Shown here piece after piece: positions 1-12,407 of a stretch of 64,000 nt of DNA. Under the pieces are notes generated by a model, which searched no databases, was not told the origin of the DNA, and saw only the letters and a list, made by a program, of their open reading frames with translations. The stretch is from Anthoceros angustus (taxonomy: Eukaryota; Plantae; Anthocerotophyta), in the NCBI GenBank assembly GCA_010909165.1, contig MU008152.1:434001-498000 (forward strand), in the 5' to 3' direction. The translations under genes and the position numbers were made by a program. Position 1 is the first letter of the stretch. The number at the start of each line of letters is the position of its first letter.

Positions 1-639
1 GTCCGCCCCGCCGTGGCCACTCAAGTCGGCCGCCATGGACACAGACGTGATTCGACGACATTGAGGCCGCCGCCACCGGAGGCCCCTTAAGCGCAGGCAT
101 GCCGCGGCCCCTGAAGCTGGCTGAGCTCACCAAGCAACAGCGCAAGCTAATCCTGGGATGCCATGGAAACCCGCGGGCAAGGCATCGGGAGCGGCTGCAC
201 GGGGGCTCGCGTCCCGCGGAGAGAGAGCAAACCGTGTGATTCCCTGACTCTTATCAGACAACCCTAAAAACACCATGTCCACGTAGCACACGGATAACGA
301 ACGCGTAAACACCAATCGCCTGACCCCAAGCCACGACCTCCACTACCCTGGCAGCAGCCAGGAACGCTTGAACTACTCACCGCGCGGGTCACAACAAGGA
401 GCGGCCTGCTTCCGCCATCCGCCATTGCCTTTGCTGATCACACTGCGGTCTGGGAGTAGATTACGTACCTTAGGGAGCAGAGCAACAAATCAGCCACCTG
501 GAAAGCATGTTGCCAAGGGCGGTCATCTTGCTGTGTGTGCATTTGTGGGTGAAGTGGTCAGTGGTCACCAAATTTGTCTCATAAATGCAGAACATCCAGT
601 TCCTGTAGGTAGTTGCCACCGCTGTAGCCGGAAGGCTTA

Positions 640-1050
640 TACCCTTTGAAGAGCCAGTGCCTCACTGGGCTGCCCTTAGCACAAAGTCGTCATGGTGCAA
701 CGGAGGCTGCACCAATTCGCACAAAGTTATTATGGTACAACTGAGGCCGCACCAATTCATTGTTGGCCATTGGTAACCAAAAAACAAAAAGTATTATCTC
801 CTTCTAAAGCCTCTCTATCCACAAACTTCAAATCTGGATTCAGTGTTGATTGAGTCCAGACTAACCACAATTTGCACTTCAAATCCTTCCCATCGCCTCT
901 CAATGAGACAACATGATTGCTGCCCTGCGGAGGGAAGGGTGGTAGGCATTCTACTGATCCCTTAAACCCTTCAAGCACTGTGTTGAAGGCCATTCAGGCA
1001 AACGCTGATGTTGCAAGATAGCTTCATATCTGGCTGAGCTCCCGGCAGGG
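640..1050 (+). repeat. Dispersed degenerate repeat (coding-like relic, possibly F-box/LRR-like); other copies near 2990-3400, 4390-4700, 8880-9290 (-) and 14500-14620 (-)
   Basis: Shared blocks such as CAGTCCAG...TTCAAA(A/T)CCTT(T/C)CCAT...ATGAT(T/G)GC(T/A)GCCC...GG(G/C)GGT(G)GG...TCCCTTAAACCC recur at these positions. All frames contain stops. The F-box/LRR label is a guess. Confidence 0.55.
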
Positions 1051-1210
1051 CATAAGGCAGCAAGTCCCTCGTCTATCAATACCGTGTTATGCAAGTTTGC
1101 ATTTGAAAATTATTCAACATCCCGACATCAACATCAATATTCTGAACAGACATAAGCTTGAACAGACGGTTTCCGTGTTTCTGCCAGATCAGCCTCTGCT
1201 AAAGTTGCAG

Positions 1211-2857
1211 ATGATGCCTGGTTTAGTTTGCACTTTGAGTCAACTGGGCTGGCTGCAATGCTGGTGCTGGTGCAAGAAGCTTCGGTGCAGCCGAGTACCT
1301 GGAAGCCCTGTCCAAGGCCATCCTCTTCTACGAGGGGCACCGATCTGGGCCGCAGCCCACGTCCCAGAGATTTACGTGGAGGGGGGATTCTGGCTTGACT
1401 GACGGCTCCTCCTCCAGCGTAGATTGTGGGAGGATACTACGACGCTGGCGACAATGTGAAGTTCGGCCTGCCCATGGCCTTCACCATCACGCTGCTGTCG
1501 TGGACGGTGATCGAGAAGGGCAAGGAGCTGGCTGCAGCGGGAGAGATGACGCACGCACAAGACGCCATCCGTTGGGGGACTGACTATCTGCTCAAAGCTC
1601 ACACAGGGCCAAGCGAGCTGTACGTTCAAGTGGCGGATCCGACGCCACCAACCCAGGCTCCGATGCTGCTGCGGAAACGGCTGCCGCTCTGGCTGCTGCC
1701 TCCATTGTGTTCCAAGCCACTGATGCCCAGTACTCTGCTACGCTTTTGGCGAGCACCACTGAGCTCTTCTCGTTTGCGGATGGGTACAGAGCGGCATACA
1801 GCGACGGGTCGCTCAAGTCGCAAGTGTGCCCATTATACTGCTCCTACTCGGGCTTCAAGGATGAGCTGCTATGGGGAGCAGCCTGGCTGTACTAGGCATC
1901 CAGGGACCACAAGTACCTGCAATACCTTGTGGACAACGGCGAGGAGTTGGGTGGCGCCACCACCTCCGCCCCCACACTCAGCTGGGATAACAAATACGCG
2001 GGCGCTCAGGTCCTGGCTGCCCAATTCTTACTTGCTGGCAAGGCCGATGGTCTGCAGGGCTACAAACGGCAAGCCGATGCATTCGTGTGCGGCATCATGC
2101 CAGGCGTCTCTGCAGCCAAGTATACTCCTGGTACGTAATGCTTCTACATTCATCTGCATCCCATTCCTGGCCCTGTTGAAGATTGAATGAATGCTCAGTA
2201 GTCTGCTTTCAGATCATATATGTCAAAGCTGATTGCATTGTGAACCTGTGTGTCGTGTGCTGCAGGCGGACTCTTCTATTTCGCGGCAGGCAGCAATCTG
2301 CAGTACGTGATCGCATCTTCCTTTCTCCTCGTCGTCTACGCCAAGTACCTGGATGCATCGCAGCAGACAGTCACCTGTGGCACCACGGCCATCACTCCCG
2401 CCCAGCTCTGTGCGCAGGCCGAAACCTATGATATTGGGCTCCTGCTGCACTGCGCAGTGATGGAATCTGCACTGTTTTTGCTTGTTGAGTCCAAAATCTG
2501 ATCACTTTCTCATGACCTTTATTGCCAGCCTGCTACAGGTGGACTACATTCTGGGAGACAATCCTCAGAGCATGTCGTACATGGTGGGATTTGGATCCAG
2601 TCCCCCAACGGGTTCACCATCGTGCTGCTTCAGTGCCGTGCATCAAGACTCACCCTGCCGAGATCGCCTGCTCTGACAGCTTCTCCTACTACCAGGCCAG
2701 CACTTCTGACCCCAACCAGCTGACAGGCGGCATTGTAGGAGGACCCGATGAGGCCGATGCTTATGGCGACGACCGCAGCAACTACGGGCAGGCTGAGCCC
2801 ACCACCTACATCAACGCCGGCATGGTCGGCCTCTTGGCACACCTTGCTGCAGCCTGA
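1211..2857 (+). pseudogene. Glycoside hydrolase family 9 endo-1,4-beta-glucanase, disrupted (copy 1)
   Basis: GH9 motifs [100 protein letters not shown]. Introns near 2133-2265 and 2425-2538. Lesions: frameshifts near 1290, 1425 and 2601; deletion of the [13 protein letters not shown] segment near 1641 (present in copy 2); TAG near 1893; donor lost near 2425. Confidence 0.9.
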
Positions 2858-3439
2858 TGCTCTTCACACTGTGAAGTGGTCAGTGGAAGATTACCACCCA
2901 AGCTTGTATCATATGGTTAGAACGTTCATTGATTAAGTCGAGTTACTACTATAGGCAGTTGCTAGTGCTAGCGCTGTGGCCGGGATGCGTATACCCAGCG
3001 AGGAATCTTGAGCCAGTGCCTCCCTGGGCTGCCGTTAGCAGATCACTCATTCTTTCTACAGTTTCGTTGTCCTGGTACAACAACTGAGGCAGCACCACTT
3101 CGTTCTTGGCCATTGGCAATAAACAAGTAGATGCATCATCTTCATCTAAAGCCTATCTATCCAGTCTACCCACCATCGTCACTTCAAAACCTTTCCATGG
3201 CGGCTTTGAACACTGAAACCTCATAATGGCAGCCCATCAAGAACAAGGGCGGTGGGAACTCTTATCATCCCTTAAACCCTTCAAGAAGTGTATGGATTCA
3301 CCTGCGAAACTTTGTTAGGTTGCACTGTTAAAGCTTGCGGCCAGGCACACTCTGATGCCTTCGATTTGGCTGTATTTCCTACTTTTCGCCTGGGGGCACG
3401 GCCCCCTGGCCTGGTGCCCCGTCGTGGGTTGTTCCCTTT

Positions 3440-3775
3440 CGCCCAGGGCCACGAACTACGTCATCCAGAAAACATTACACAGGCTTATCCAAATAAATAG
3501 ACACATTTATAAGAACGTCGTGATTAGATCGATACTTAGATGGGGTGCCTAAAGGGAGTGGATGCCCATGTGCAAGTAGCTTGGGAAATCTCGTTCTTTC
3601 TATAAAGTCTCCACATTCCCTTTTAGCCTAGGGCCACGAACTACGTCACCCAGAAAATATTACACAGGCTTATCCAAATAAATAGACACACATTTATAAG
3701 GACGTCGTGATTAGATCGATACTTAAATGGGGTGCCTAAAGGGAGTGGATGCCCTTGTGGAAGTAGCTTAGGCAC
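3440..3775. repeat. Tandem duplication of about 185 bp
   Basis: GGGCCACGAACTACGTCA.CCAGAAAA.ATTACACAGGCTTATCCAAATAAATAGACAC...GGGGTGCCTAAAGGGAGTGGATGCCC occurs at about 3446 and 3630. Part recurs at about 4700-4745, and 3880-3990 matches 4745-4870. Confidence 0.85.
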
Positions 3776-5237
3776 ACCATGGTACAAGTTGTTAAGTACC
3801 TTGTCCATAACGGAAATCCGTCTCATAACGGAAATCCGTCCTTAGTGGACTTCAATAAAATTCTTCTTCTTCTTACGTGTTTGCAGCTAGAGTTTAGGAA
3901 AAGCGTCCGAGGGCAATCGGAGCGGCCGTTCAACGATATACCGCAGGCCTATCGAGAGACAAGCGTTGGTTGCGGCCGCTTGACAGGAACAACGAGAAAG
4001 GCACAGGCGTGCTTCCGTCGTTTTTCCCTCCCGCCGCCGCTTTGATGGATGTTCCAACCTCCGTGCTGGTCCTCCCTTCTTCCGAACTCCCTGTTCCGCA
4101 GACAAAGCCATCCGTTCCAGGCTTAGTCCATCCGTTGGAATACGATGCCAAACCATCAAACGGGCCACAGATTGCAGCTGAAAACCAGACAGCAAAAGGC
4201 TCTTCACAAGCCACAAAACAGAGGACACCGGGCTCAGAACAGCAAACCCCGCACCTGTGTTTCCCCTTCCGCTGGTGTGTCGACTCCATTAGACTCGCCA
4301 GCATACTGCTCCTGTGCCGGGGTCTGCTTGGCACACATCTACCAGCGTTAGCCAAGGGATAACACATTTGCATAGCGCACACTGGGGTCCATTTGCAACA
4401 AACAAAACATCACCAATGACTTCCTGTATGTGGACAAACTTCAAGTCTGGACTAGATGTTTTATTCAGTCCAGTCTACCAACAATTGTCAGTTCAAAACC
4501 TTTCCATGGCGGCTTTGAACACTGAAACCTCATGATGGCAGCCCTTCAAGAACAAGAGCGGTGGGAACTCTCATCATCCCTTACACTCTTCAAGAAGTGT
4601 ATTGGTCCCCTGCGAAATGTTGTTAGTTGCACTGTTAATGCTTGCGGCCAGGCACACTCTGATGCCTTCGATTTGGCTGTATTTCCTTCCTATCGCCTAG
4701 GGCCACGAAGTACGTCACCCAGAAAACATTACACAGGCTTATCGTGTTTGCAGACAGAGTTAAGGAAAGGCGTCCGAGAGCAATCGGAGCGGCCGTTCAA
4801 CGATATACTGCAGGCCTCCCGAGAGACAAGCGTTGGTTTTCGGCCGCTTGACAGGAACAGCGAGAAAGGCACAGGTGGGCAGCTTGGCAAGGAGCAGGGC
4901 AGAGGCCAGAGACGGAACAAGAAAACAGAAAAGGGAATGATTTTGAATAAAATGATCACCGTCAGGAGAGGGCCATACAGATGCGGCTGTGACAAGCAGA
5001 GCCAAGATGGAGATATAAGACACGATAACGATAGCCGGTGGATTGATTCTGGATTTACAAGGACTCCGGTGAGCCTGAGGAGTCGGAGGCTACAATGGTA
5101 ATCCACCGGGTGCGTGCCAGGAGCCAGGCTCCAGGCACGCTCTTTATTGTGCCCATGTCAAGCTACGCGCAATTAAGACATGGCTCCCCTCCCCTCCCCG
5201 TCCCTTCCCTTCCCTGCCCAGCTGCTGCTGGAGCACA

Positions 5238-5474
5238 TCACTTGCAGTCGCACTTGTTTGCATCGTCGTCGCACTTGCTGCAGTCGGGGTCGCCAGACAT
5301 GGCGGCCAGCACGTTCTCGCTGCAGCCCACAAATTTGAAAGCTCAAACAATCGTCAAGTCACTCGGCTCAGCTGCAAAATGGACGAAGCTACCAACAGAG
5401 ACGCGGCCTACGCATCCAAGCAAGCACACAAGAGGAGGAACTGGCCCAAGAACTCACAACACGACAGAGGCCAT
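5238..5474 (-). CDS. Two-exon micropeptide gene A, 32 aa: MASVVFENVLAAMSGDPDCSKCDDDANKCDCK
   Basis: ATG at 5474; exon 1 5474-5458; donor GTGAGT at 5457; acceptor CTGCAG ending 5320; exon 2 5319-5238 (TGA). 99 nt in frame. Same intron position and phase as paralog B. Confidence 0.8.
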
Positions 5475-7217
5475 TGCGAATTGGAAGAGGAGCTGAAAGG
5501 GCGCAGAGAGCGTGTCGGAAGCTTGGTGAGAGCGAGAGGACTGTGATGGCTTGCTCAAGTGGCTCGCTTCCAGCGCGCATTTCTAGCCCGGAGAAGGCGG
5601 GAATCGCCGCGGGCAGGCGAAACCCGGCGAAGGAATCTGAGACGGTGGCGAGTCCAAGTTGGCGATGGGGTGTGTCCCGGTCGTGGAGGTAGCTGGGGGC
5701 CTCGTGGGCGAAGGACGCCGGCACGGGCTCGGCCCCACTAGTACTCTGCCCCCGCACTGGTTGCGCCGCCCTCCAATCGGAGAATGCGCCATTTAGCCGT
5801 GCGATTGCTCGGGGGTCGCGCAAAGTTGCGTGCCCGACACACGCCGAACTGCGCAAGTCTTGTGTCCTGCTGGCCTGGCCAGTTCGTTGCAGCTTGCTCC
5901 TTCTTGAGCCATGGCCGCCGGCTACGGAACGTAGATTTGTTTGTATGTCGACGATTTCACATACAGCTTCAGGGGCCAGGGTTTCAGACCGGCTACTCTA
6001 TGATTGTTCTAGCTTTCACTCGAAGCATCGATAGCGGACTGAAAATCGCTCTTGTCGTGCGACTTCTAGGGCATACAGGCCCAGTGACGTGATGACCAGT
6101 GCTTTGGCTGACAATTCTTCTCATCCAGACCTTGCAGACATTATGTGCAGCTCTCAATATCTCAGGCTAAACACCCAAGAGTCTCAAAAGAGTCCTCCTC
6201 ACATCAAGGGCTGACTCACATCAGCCCCATCCATATCTAGCACACTTGTATCTTGAAATCTATGTACCTTGGGTTTTACAGAGGCTGTACTGGGAAATAT
6301 AATGCTTCCAGAACTTCATGTCATCATCCTGCTTTTGGTAAAACGGAGGCTTTCAGGAGCATCCTTGGCACCAGTGGCAAGCTTTGTAGTAGTTTGGACA
6401 TGCGTAACACCTCATGGACAACTTTCAATGGCGATTGGCTGCGAGTTAAAAGTTCCACGTACTCCATGGACGAAGATGCACAGACAAAGGTGTACCTTCA
6501 GTTGACCTGGGTCCCTCAGCTGGAAAGGGTGCAAAGCAGTGGCTTCCACGGCAAGATTTGCAAGACACTTGGAAACAAATGTATGCACGCCGTAGTTGAA
6601 AGTGTGTTGTGTACAACGCACTACATACTGCATACACTACTGATGAGGACAATGTGTCCATCACACCATCTGGAAGTGTGGGATTGGTGTAGTTAACCAA
6701 GTTGGAGGGCTGCTGACGGCACTGCACCAAGTGCTTCGTGCTGCTACTCGCCAAGGGCTTGCAAAGGCGATTCCGGGAAACTTCCCAGATTCCCAAGTGG
6801 TAGCGCACTGACGTTTGATGCTTGCAAGCGTCCAAGCGGACACGAAATGAATCGCTCGGCCCCACGTGAAGTGCGGGCCAGCTACTTGCTACGCACACAA
6901 GCCGGGCAAAGGCAGACATCGCATGACGTACGTGTCAGTGCTCAAATTTGGCAAGCTGGGATCAGGCTCCTGGCTGTGATGAGCACCTAGACTAGTGAAG
7001 GACTGCGGGTGTGGAATCCCAGCCTCTCAGGTGGTCCTGGAGCCAATCCCTGGCGTCGTGCACGCCGGCACAGATCGCCGCCTAGGACGTCGGTGGTGGT
7101 TGCAACTTGCAACTTGGGCCAAGCCATCTGGACGACAAATTCCAAATCAGCTAAGCCAAGTGTAGCTGCCGGGGCCCAGGGGCCAGAGCCCGACCGATTT
7201 CAGGCCTCGCTTTTGAG

Positions 7218-7223
7218 TATAAA
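7218..7223 (+). promoter_or_regulatory. TATA box of micropeptide gene B
   Basis: TATAAA about 115 bp upstream of the ATG at 7337, followed by a pyrimidine-rich leader. Confidence 0.55.
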
Positions 7224-7336
7224 GGAGCGGCAGCCACTCGCCTCTTCCTACACTTGCAATTTGTCTGCCCACCGCCTTTGCCTTCCCTGCTCCAATTTCG
7301 GGCTCGTCTCTTGCGTCTCAGCCCCGCAGCAGCCTC

Positions 7337-7562
7337 ATGGCCTCCGGAAACGTGTATGTGCTGCACCGCTCATGCCGAGAGTGACTGGGCTGGCAAATGG
7401 GTTTCCTCTCTTTTCTTGAGCATGGCGATTTGGAGAGAGTCCACTCAATTTTTGTGCTGGTGTGTTTGCAGCAACACGAGCTTTGTCCTGGCGGCGGTGG
7501 CCGGGGGTGACCCCGACTGCAGCAAGTGCAACGACGATGCCAACAAGTGCGACTGCAAGTGA
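7337..7562 (+). CDS. Two-exon micropeptide gene B, 35 aa: MASGNVNTSFVLAAVAGGDPDCSKCNDDANKCDCK
   Basis: ATG at 7337; exon 1 7337-7353; donor GTATGT at 7354; acceptor TTTGCAG ending 7471; exon 2 7472-7562 (TGA). 108 nt in frame. Confidence 0.8.
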
Positions 7563-8343
7563 AGTGCGCAAATGCGCACGCGTCACCATGGAGGCGGATT
7601 TCAACTGGATGAACATGCTCCTCAACGCTGGAAAATTCTGCCTCCAGCCTGCTGCTGAAGTGGAAAATTTGGAAGTATGCATGTGCAAATGGCCTGTGTG
7701 AATCTTTCGGAAAACATATCTTGCTGGAGTTGTCAATAGAGGCCTCTTCACTGTCGGGTAGCCTATTTGCAGGATCTCACAGCTCGCAACTTGGATTGCT
7801 TGATGAGAAGGGGATTGTTGTCTTCACATTTGTAACTCATCAGATATATCAAAAGCCAAAAGTCTTTCCGTTTGGCTACTTGTTTGGCTCGATTTGAAAC
7901 AACACAACTCTTCACCAATCCCTACTGGAAATCCTTTGCCATGACATTCCCCGTCCCAGAGGTTTTTTTAATCAACTGACTTGAACACACTTATTAAGAG
8001 CTGTCTGCCTAACTGCAGAACATAGTTACACGGCAACCCATATCCTCGATGTATAATTTTGGCATCCCTGCTTGCATAACACTGTTTTAATAGACGAGGG
8101 ACTTTCTGCATCATGCCCTGTTGGGAGCATCTTGATGTCATGGCATTCCATGTCACCTCCGGGGCCCAAATCGATCGATGTAACGGTCTTGACGCCATGG
8201 GTGCGAAGTCAGCTTGGAGCAGCAGACTGCCAACAAAGGCGATAGCGACCACGGGCAGTACTGGAGAGAACGTTCTGAGTAGGACAGTTACCAAGTTCGT
8301 GGCCCCTGAGGGTAAGTACGAAGCACAGCCAAATATGAAACTA

Positions 8344-8878
8344 CAGTCCACCCCCCCTAATTGGGACTGGTTCGGAGTGCCTTTAGAGGTCCCATTAAGG
8401 GAAGTGTCCCGATTGTATTTTTCCTATTTAAAAATAATAAAAATGTTATAAACTTAAAAAATCAAAAAATACCCCAAAAAAGAAAATTTAAATTTTGATT
8501 GATAGGTTTCACTAAAAATAACTTTTACCAGTTCTTTATATAGTTGTTTGAAAGCTAGCACTCTCTCTAAGCAGCATCAAAAAACCTCTATCTATCATAA
8601 AGGAAAAAGCTTAGTTTAAGAGTCTTCAATCACACCTAAAAGTCTATTGTGCTCTCAAATAATGGAATTTTTTTTCTTTTTTTAAATTTTTTTAGTAAAA
8701 AAATTAGAAATCCCATTTAGGGAGGTGAAACTAACATGAATGTATGTTTCAAAAGGTCCCAATTATCATTTAGGGAAAAGTCCCATTTATTACATTGTAA
8801 ACTAAAGGGAGTAGGATGGGAGGTCCCATTTAGAGAGGAATCCCATTTATAGAATTCCCAATTAGGGGGGGCCGACTG
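8344..8878. mobile_element. Tc1/mariner-type MITE (535 bp)
   Basis: TIRs CAGTCCACCCCCCCTAATTGGGA (left) and reverse complement of the right end CAGTCGGCCCCCCCTAATTGGGA. Flanked by TA on both sides (8342-8343, 8879-8880). AT-rich non-coding interior with repeated TCCCATT motifs. Confidence 0.88.
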
Positions 8879-9406
8879 TATCTTGCAACATAAGACTTTG
8901 CCTGGCTGCAGCTTTCCATGTCACAAGCATCAAGAGTGAAACTTAGAATTTGAAGGGGATACGAGACAGTACTTGAAGGGTTTAAGGGATCAAGAGCCCA
9001 CCACCCTTCTCCTTGCACGGCTGCAATCATGTAGTCTCGTTAAAGCTGCCATCATATGGACAGGTTTTGAACTGGAAAGTGTGGTCAGACTGGACTGGAC
9101 AAAAGATCAGTCCAGATTTGAACTTTATGGATTGGTAGGCTCTTGATCGGGATGATGCATTTAATTATTGCCAAGAGCCAAGAATGAAATAGTGCAGCCT
9201 CAGTTGTACCATGATAAATTTGAACTACAGAAAGAATGAGTAATTTGCTAAGGCAGCACAGGGAGGCACTGGCACTTCAAAAGGTAAAGGCCTCCCGGCC
9301 ACAGCGCTCGTAGCTACAGTAACTCGACTTGATAAATGTTCTACACATATGATACAAGCTTGGGTACGGTGACCTTACCACTGACAACTTCACAGGTTGA
9401 AGAGCA

Positions 9407-10756
9407 TCAGGCTGCAGCAAGGTGTGCCAAGAGGCCGACCATGCCGGCGTTGATGTAGGTGGTGGGCTCAGCCTGCCCGTAGTTGCTGCGGTCGTCGCCA
9501 TAAGCATCGGCCTCATCGGGTCCTCCCACAATGCCGCCTGTCAGCTGGTTGGGGTCAGAAGTGCTGGCCTGATAGTAGGAGAAGCTGTCAGAGTAGGCGA
9601 TCTCGGCAGGGTGAGTCTTGATGCACGGCACTGAAGCAGCAAGATGGTGAACCCGTTGGGGGAAGCTGGATCCAAATCCCACCATGTACGACATGCTCTG
9701 AGGATTGTCTCCCAGAATGTAGTCCACCTGTAGCAGGCTGGCAATAAAGGTCATGAGAAAGTGATCAGATTTTGGACTCAACAAGCAAAAACAGTGCAGA
9801 TTCCATCACTGCGCAGTGCAGCAGGAGCCCAATATCATCCAGACAGTACCTGGGTTTTGGCCTGCGCACAGAGCTGGGCGGGAGTGATGGCCGTGGTGCC
9901 ACAGGTGACTGTCTGCTGCGATGCATCCAGGTACTTGGCGTAGACGACGAGGAGAAAGGAAGATGCGATCAAGTACTGCAGATTGCTGCCTGCCGCGAAA
10001 TAGAAGAGTCCGCCTGCAGCACACGACACACAGGTTCACAATGCAATCAGCTTTGACATATATGATCTGAAAGCAGACTACTGAGCATTCATTCAATCTT
10101 CGACAGGGCCAGGAATGGGATGCAGATGAATGTAGAAGCATTACGGACCAGGAGTATACTTGGCTGCAGAGACGCCTGGCATGATGCCGCACACGAATGC
10201 ATCGGCTTGCCTGCACCCCATCGGCTTTGCCAGCAAGGAAGAATTGGGCAGCCAGGACCTGAGCGCCCGCGTATTTGTTATCCCAGCTGAGTGTGGGGGC
10301 GGAGGTGGTGGCGCCACCCAACTCCTCGCCGTTGTCCACAAGGCATTGCAGGTACTTGTGGTCCCTGGATGCCTTGTACAGCCAGGCTGTTCCCCATAGC
10401 AGCTCATCCTTGAAGCCCGAGTAGGAGCAGTAAAATGGGCACACTTGCGACTTGAGCGACCCGTCGCTGTATGCCGCTCTGCACCCCCACGCAAAAAAGA
10501 AGAGCTAAGTGGCGCTCGCCAAAAGCGTAGCAGAGTACTGGGCATCAGTGGCTTGGAACACAATGGAGGCAGCAGCCAGAGCGGCAGCCGTTTCCGCAGC
10601 AGCATCGGAGCCTGGGTTGGTGGCGTCAATCTTGTAGGCAGTGCGGTCAGTCTGCATGTCCTCGGGCCTTTGCCAGCACGTATGATCCTTGGTCGGATCC
10701 GCCACTTGAACGTACAGCTCGCTTGGCCCTGTGTGAGCTTTGAACAGATAGTCAGT
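9407..10756 (-). pseudogene. GH9 endoglucanase copy 2, 5'-truncated, inverted relative to copy 1
   Basis: Near-identical to 1555-2857 including introns. Retains [18 protein letters not shown] but has frameshifts near 10490 and 10215. Similarity ends at CACAAGACGCC (about 10756), where unrelated sequence begins. Confidence 0.9.
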
Positions 10757-10766
10757 CCCCCAACGG

Positions 10767-11195
10767 ATGGCGTCTTGTGGTAGTGGCCGCCGGGGAGGAA
10801 ACAATCGTGGTCGGGCTGGCCCATTGAAGCGGAGGGGGCCTCGGCGTGGAGGGAGGAAAACTCGTGCCAGACGTAACCGCCGTGATGAAGAGCCTCAACG
10901 ACCTGAAGGTATGGGCTATGGTTCGATGACCATGACTACAAGTACAAATTTCATGGTGTTGGCTCCGAAGGGAAATTATGAGGAAATGGACTTTTATGTC
11001 TTGAAATGTATGGAACCTGTACAGAACTTGACGGCAGCCTTCAAGGATACTAATTGGGGAGGGGAGGAGTTTGAAGCAGGCACTATTGTTGTGAAAGCCT
11101 TCTACTATGAGCAGGTTCCTGACAGCATTGGTATGTACACTTTCTTTGGGTGGCGGCACCCAATAGTCCCTAGGAGGACTGGTCTTGGCAACTAA
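10767..11195 (+). other. Unidentified ORF (Arg/Gly-rich start, then FYVLKC...D.WG..F.AG..VV...YY), probably TE-derived; second copy 12398-12838
   Basis: ORF track. It replaces the 5' part of GH9 copy 2. No family recognised with certainty. Confidence 0.3.
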
Positions 11196-12094
11196 GTTTT
11201 GATGTGGCCAATGGAGAAGCAAAATGAAAGCAGAACAATGTCGGCTCCACCCACATGAGAGGAAGTACATAGAGTGGTTGGCAAAGGTCGAACATGCAAA
11301 GGTGAAAAAGTTGAAGACCGTGATGATTGAATGTGTTTGTCGTGTGGATCATGTGAGGGGTCTCTGTCAATTTGTCATGCACCTGGTTGTGAGTGTTTAG
11401 AGGCCATGTGACCAGACCCTTTTTTGGACAAATGCGATGTGAGTTGGGGATAAACACTTTGAGGCTGGATCCCATGTTGTATCAATGGGTGTACGCCTTG
11501 TGACGAAATGCCCCATTTTGTGAGGGAACACCGAGTGCTGACCCCCCTATGTACTGAATTGTTCAATGTATATGACAGCTTAGAATGAACGAGTGCCCTT
11601 CAAATTGCGTTCGCGCGTGACAATGGGGTCCAACAAAGCCTGCTTAACCTAGCATCCTCCACCCACAAATGGCACAAACTGATGGCCCAGTGAAGAGTGA
11701 AAAAACTCGAAGGGCTCAAGCACAATCTGCCCATCACCACACCGTCTGGAATTGGACTAAACATATATAAGGATGGCACCCAGCTACATTCCTACTCTGC
11801 CTGTGCATTCAAACTGGTGCATTGTGAACAACACAAATTGCTAACCAAGTGAAGTATGCGCTAGCCTATGAACAAAGGAACATGTAAGGCTGCGAAGTTC
11901 CTTCCCATCGTGCTTGGATGGATTAGGCATCCACAACACTTCCACCATCGTCATCCTCGCCCTCTTGCACCATATTATTGTCGACACCTCGGATCTGCAG
12001 ATTAGGCTCCCCGCCGCGTTCTTCCCGACCATACGGCGTGGCGCGGCGGCGTCTCGCCCCGCAGCCCAATACCGCTTCCGCCTTTATGCGGTGG

Positions 12095-12407
12095 TCGCTG
12101 TATGCCGCTCTGCACCCCACGCAAAAGAAGAGCTAAGTGGCGCTCGCCAAAAGCGTAGCAGAGTACTGGGCATCAGTGGCTTGGAACACAATGGAGGCAG
12201 CAGCCAGAGCGGCAGCCGTTTCCGCAGCAGCAACATCGGAGCCTGGGTTGGTGGCGTCAATCTTGTAGGCAGTGCGGTCAGTCTGCATGTCCTCGGGCCT
12301 TTGCCAGCACGTATGATCCTTGGTCGGATCCGCCACTTGAACGTACAGCTCGCTTGGCCCTGTGTGAGCTTTGAACAGATAGTCAGTCCCCCAACGGATG
12401 GCGTCTT
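12095..12407 (-). pseudogene. GH9 fragment (copy 3)
   Basis: [51 protein letters not shown]...; part of the tandem duplication. Confidence 0.85.

Noticed and set aside
5238-7562. Labelling the micropeptides as canonical metallothioneins or defensins
   Set aside because: Only 4 Cys, all C-terminal; no N-terminal Cys cluster and no signal peptide. Left unassigned.
7254-7562. 102-aa ORF-track product as the real protein
   Set aside because: It reads through the UTR and intron. The spliced model is supported by the paralog sharing the same intron position and phase.
7800-8340. F-box gene (LVKSCVVS-like words) here and at 6100-6700
   Set aside because: Only a few residues across broken frames; not enough to name a gene.
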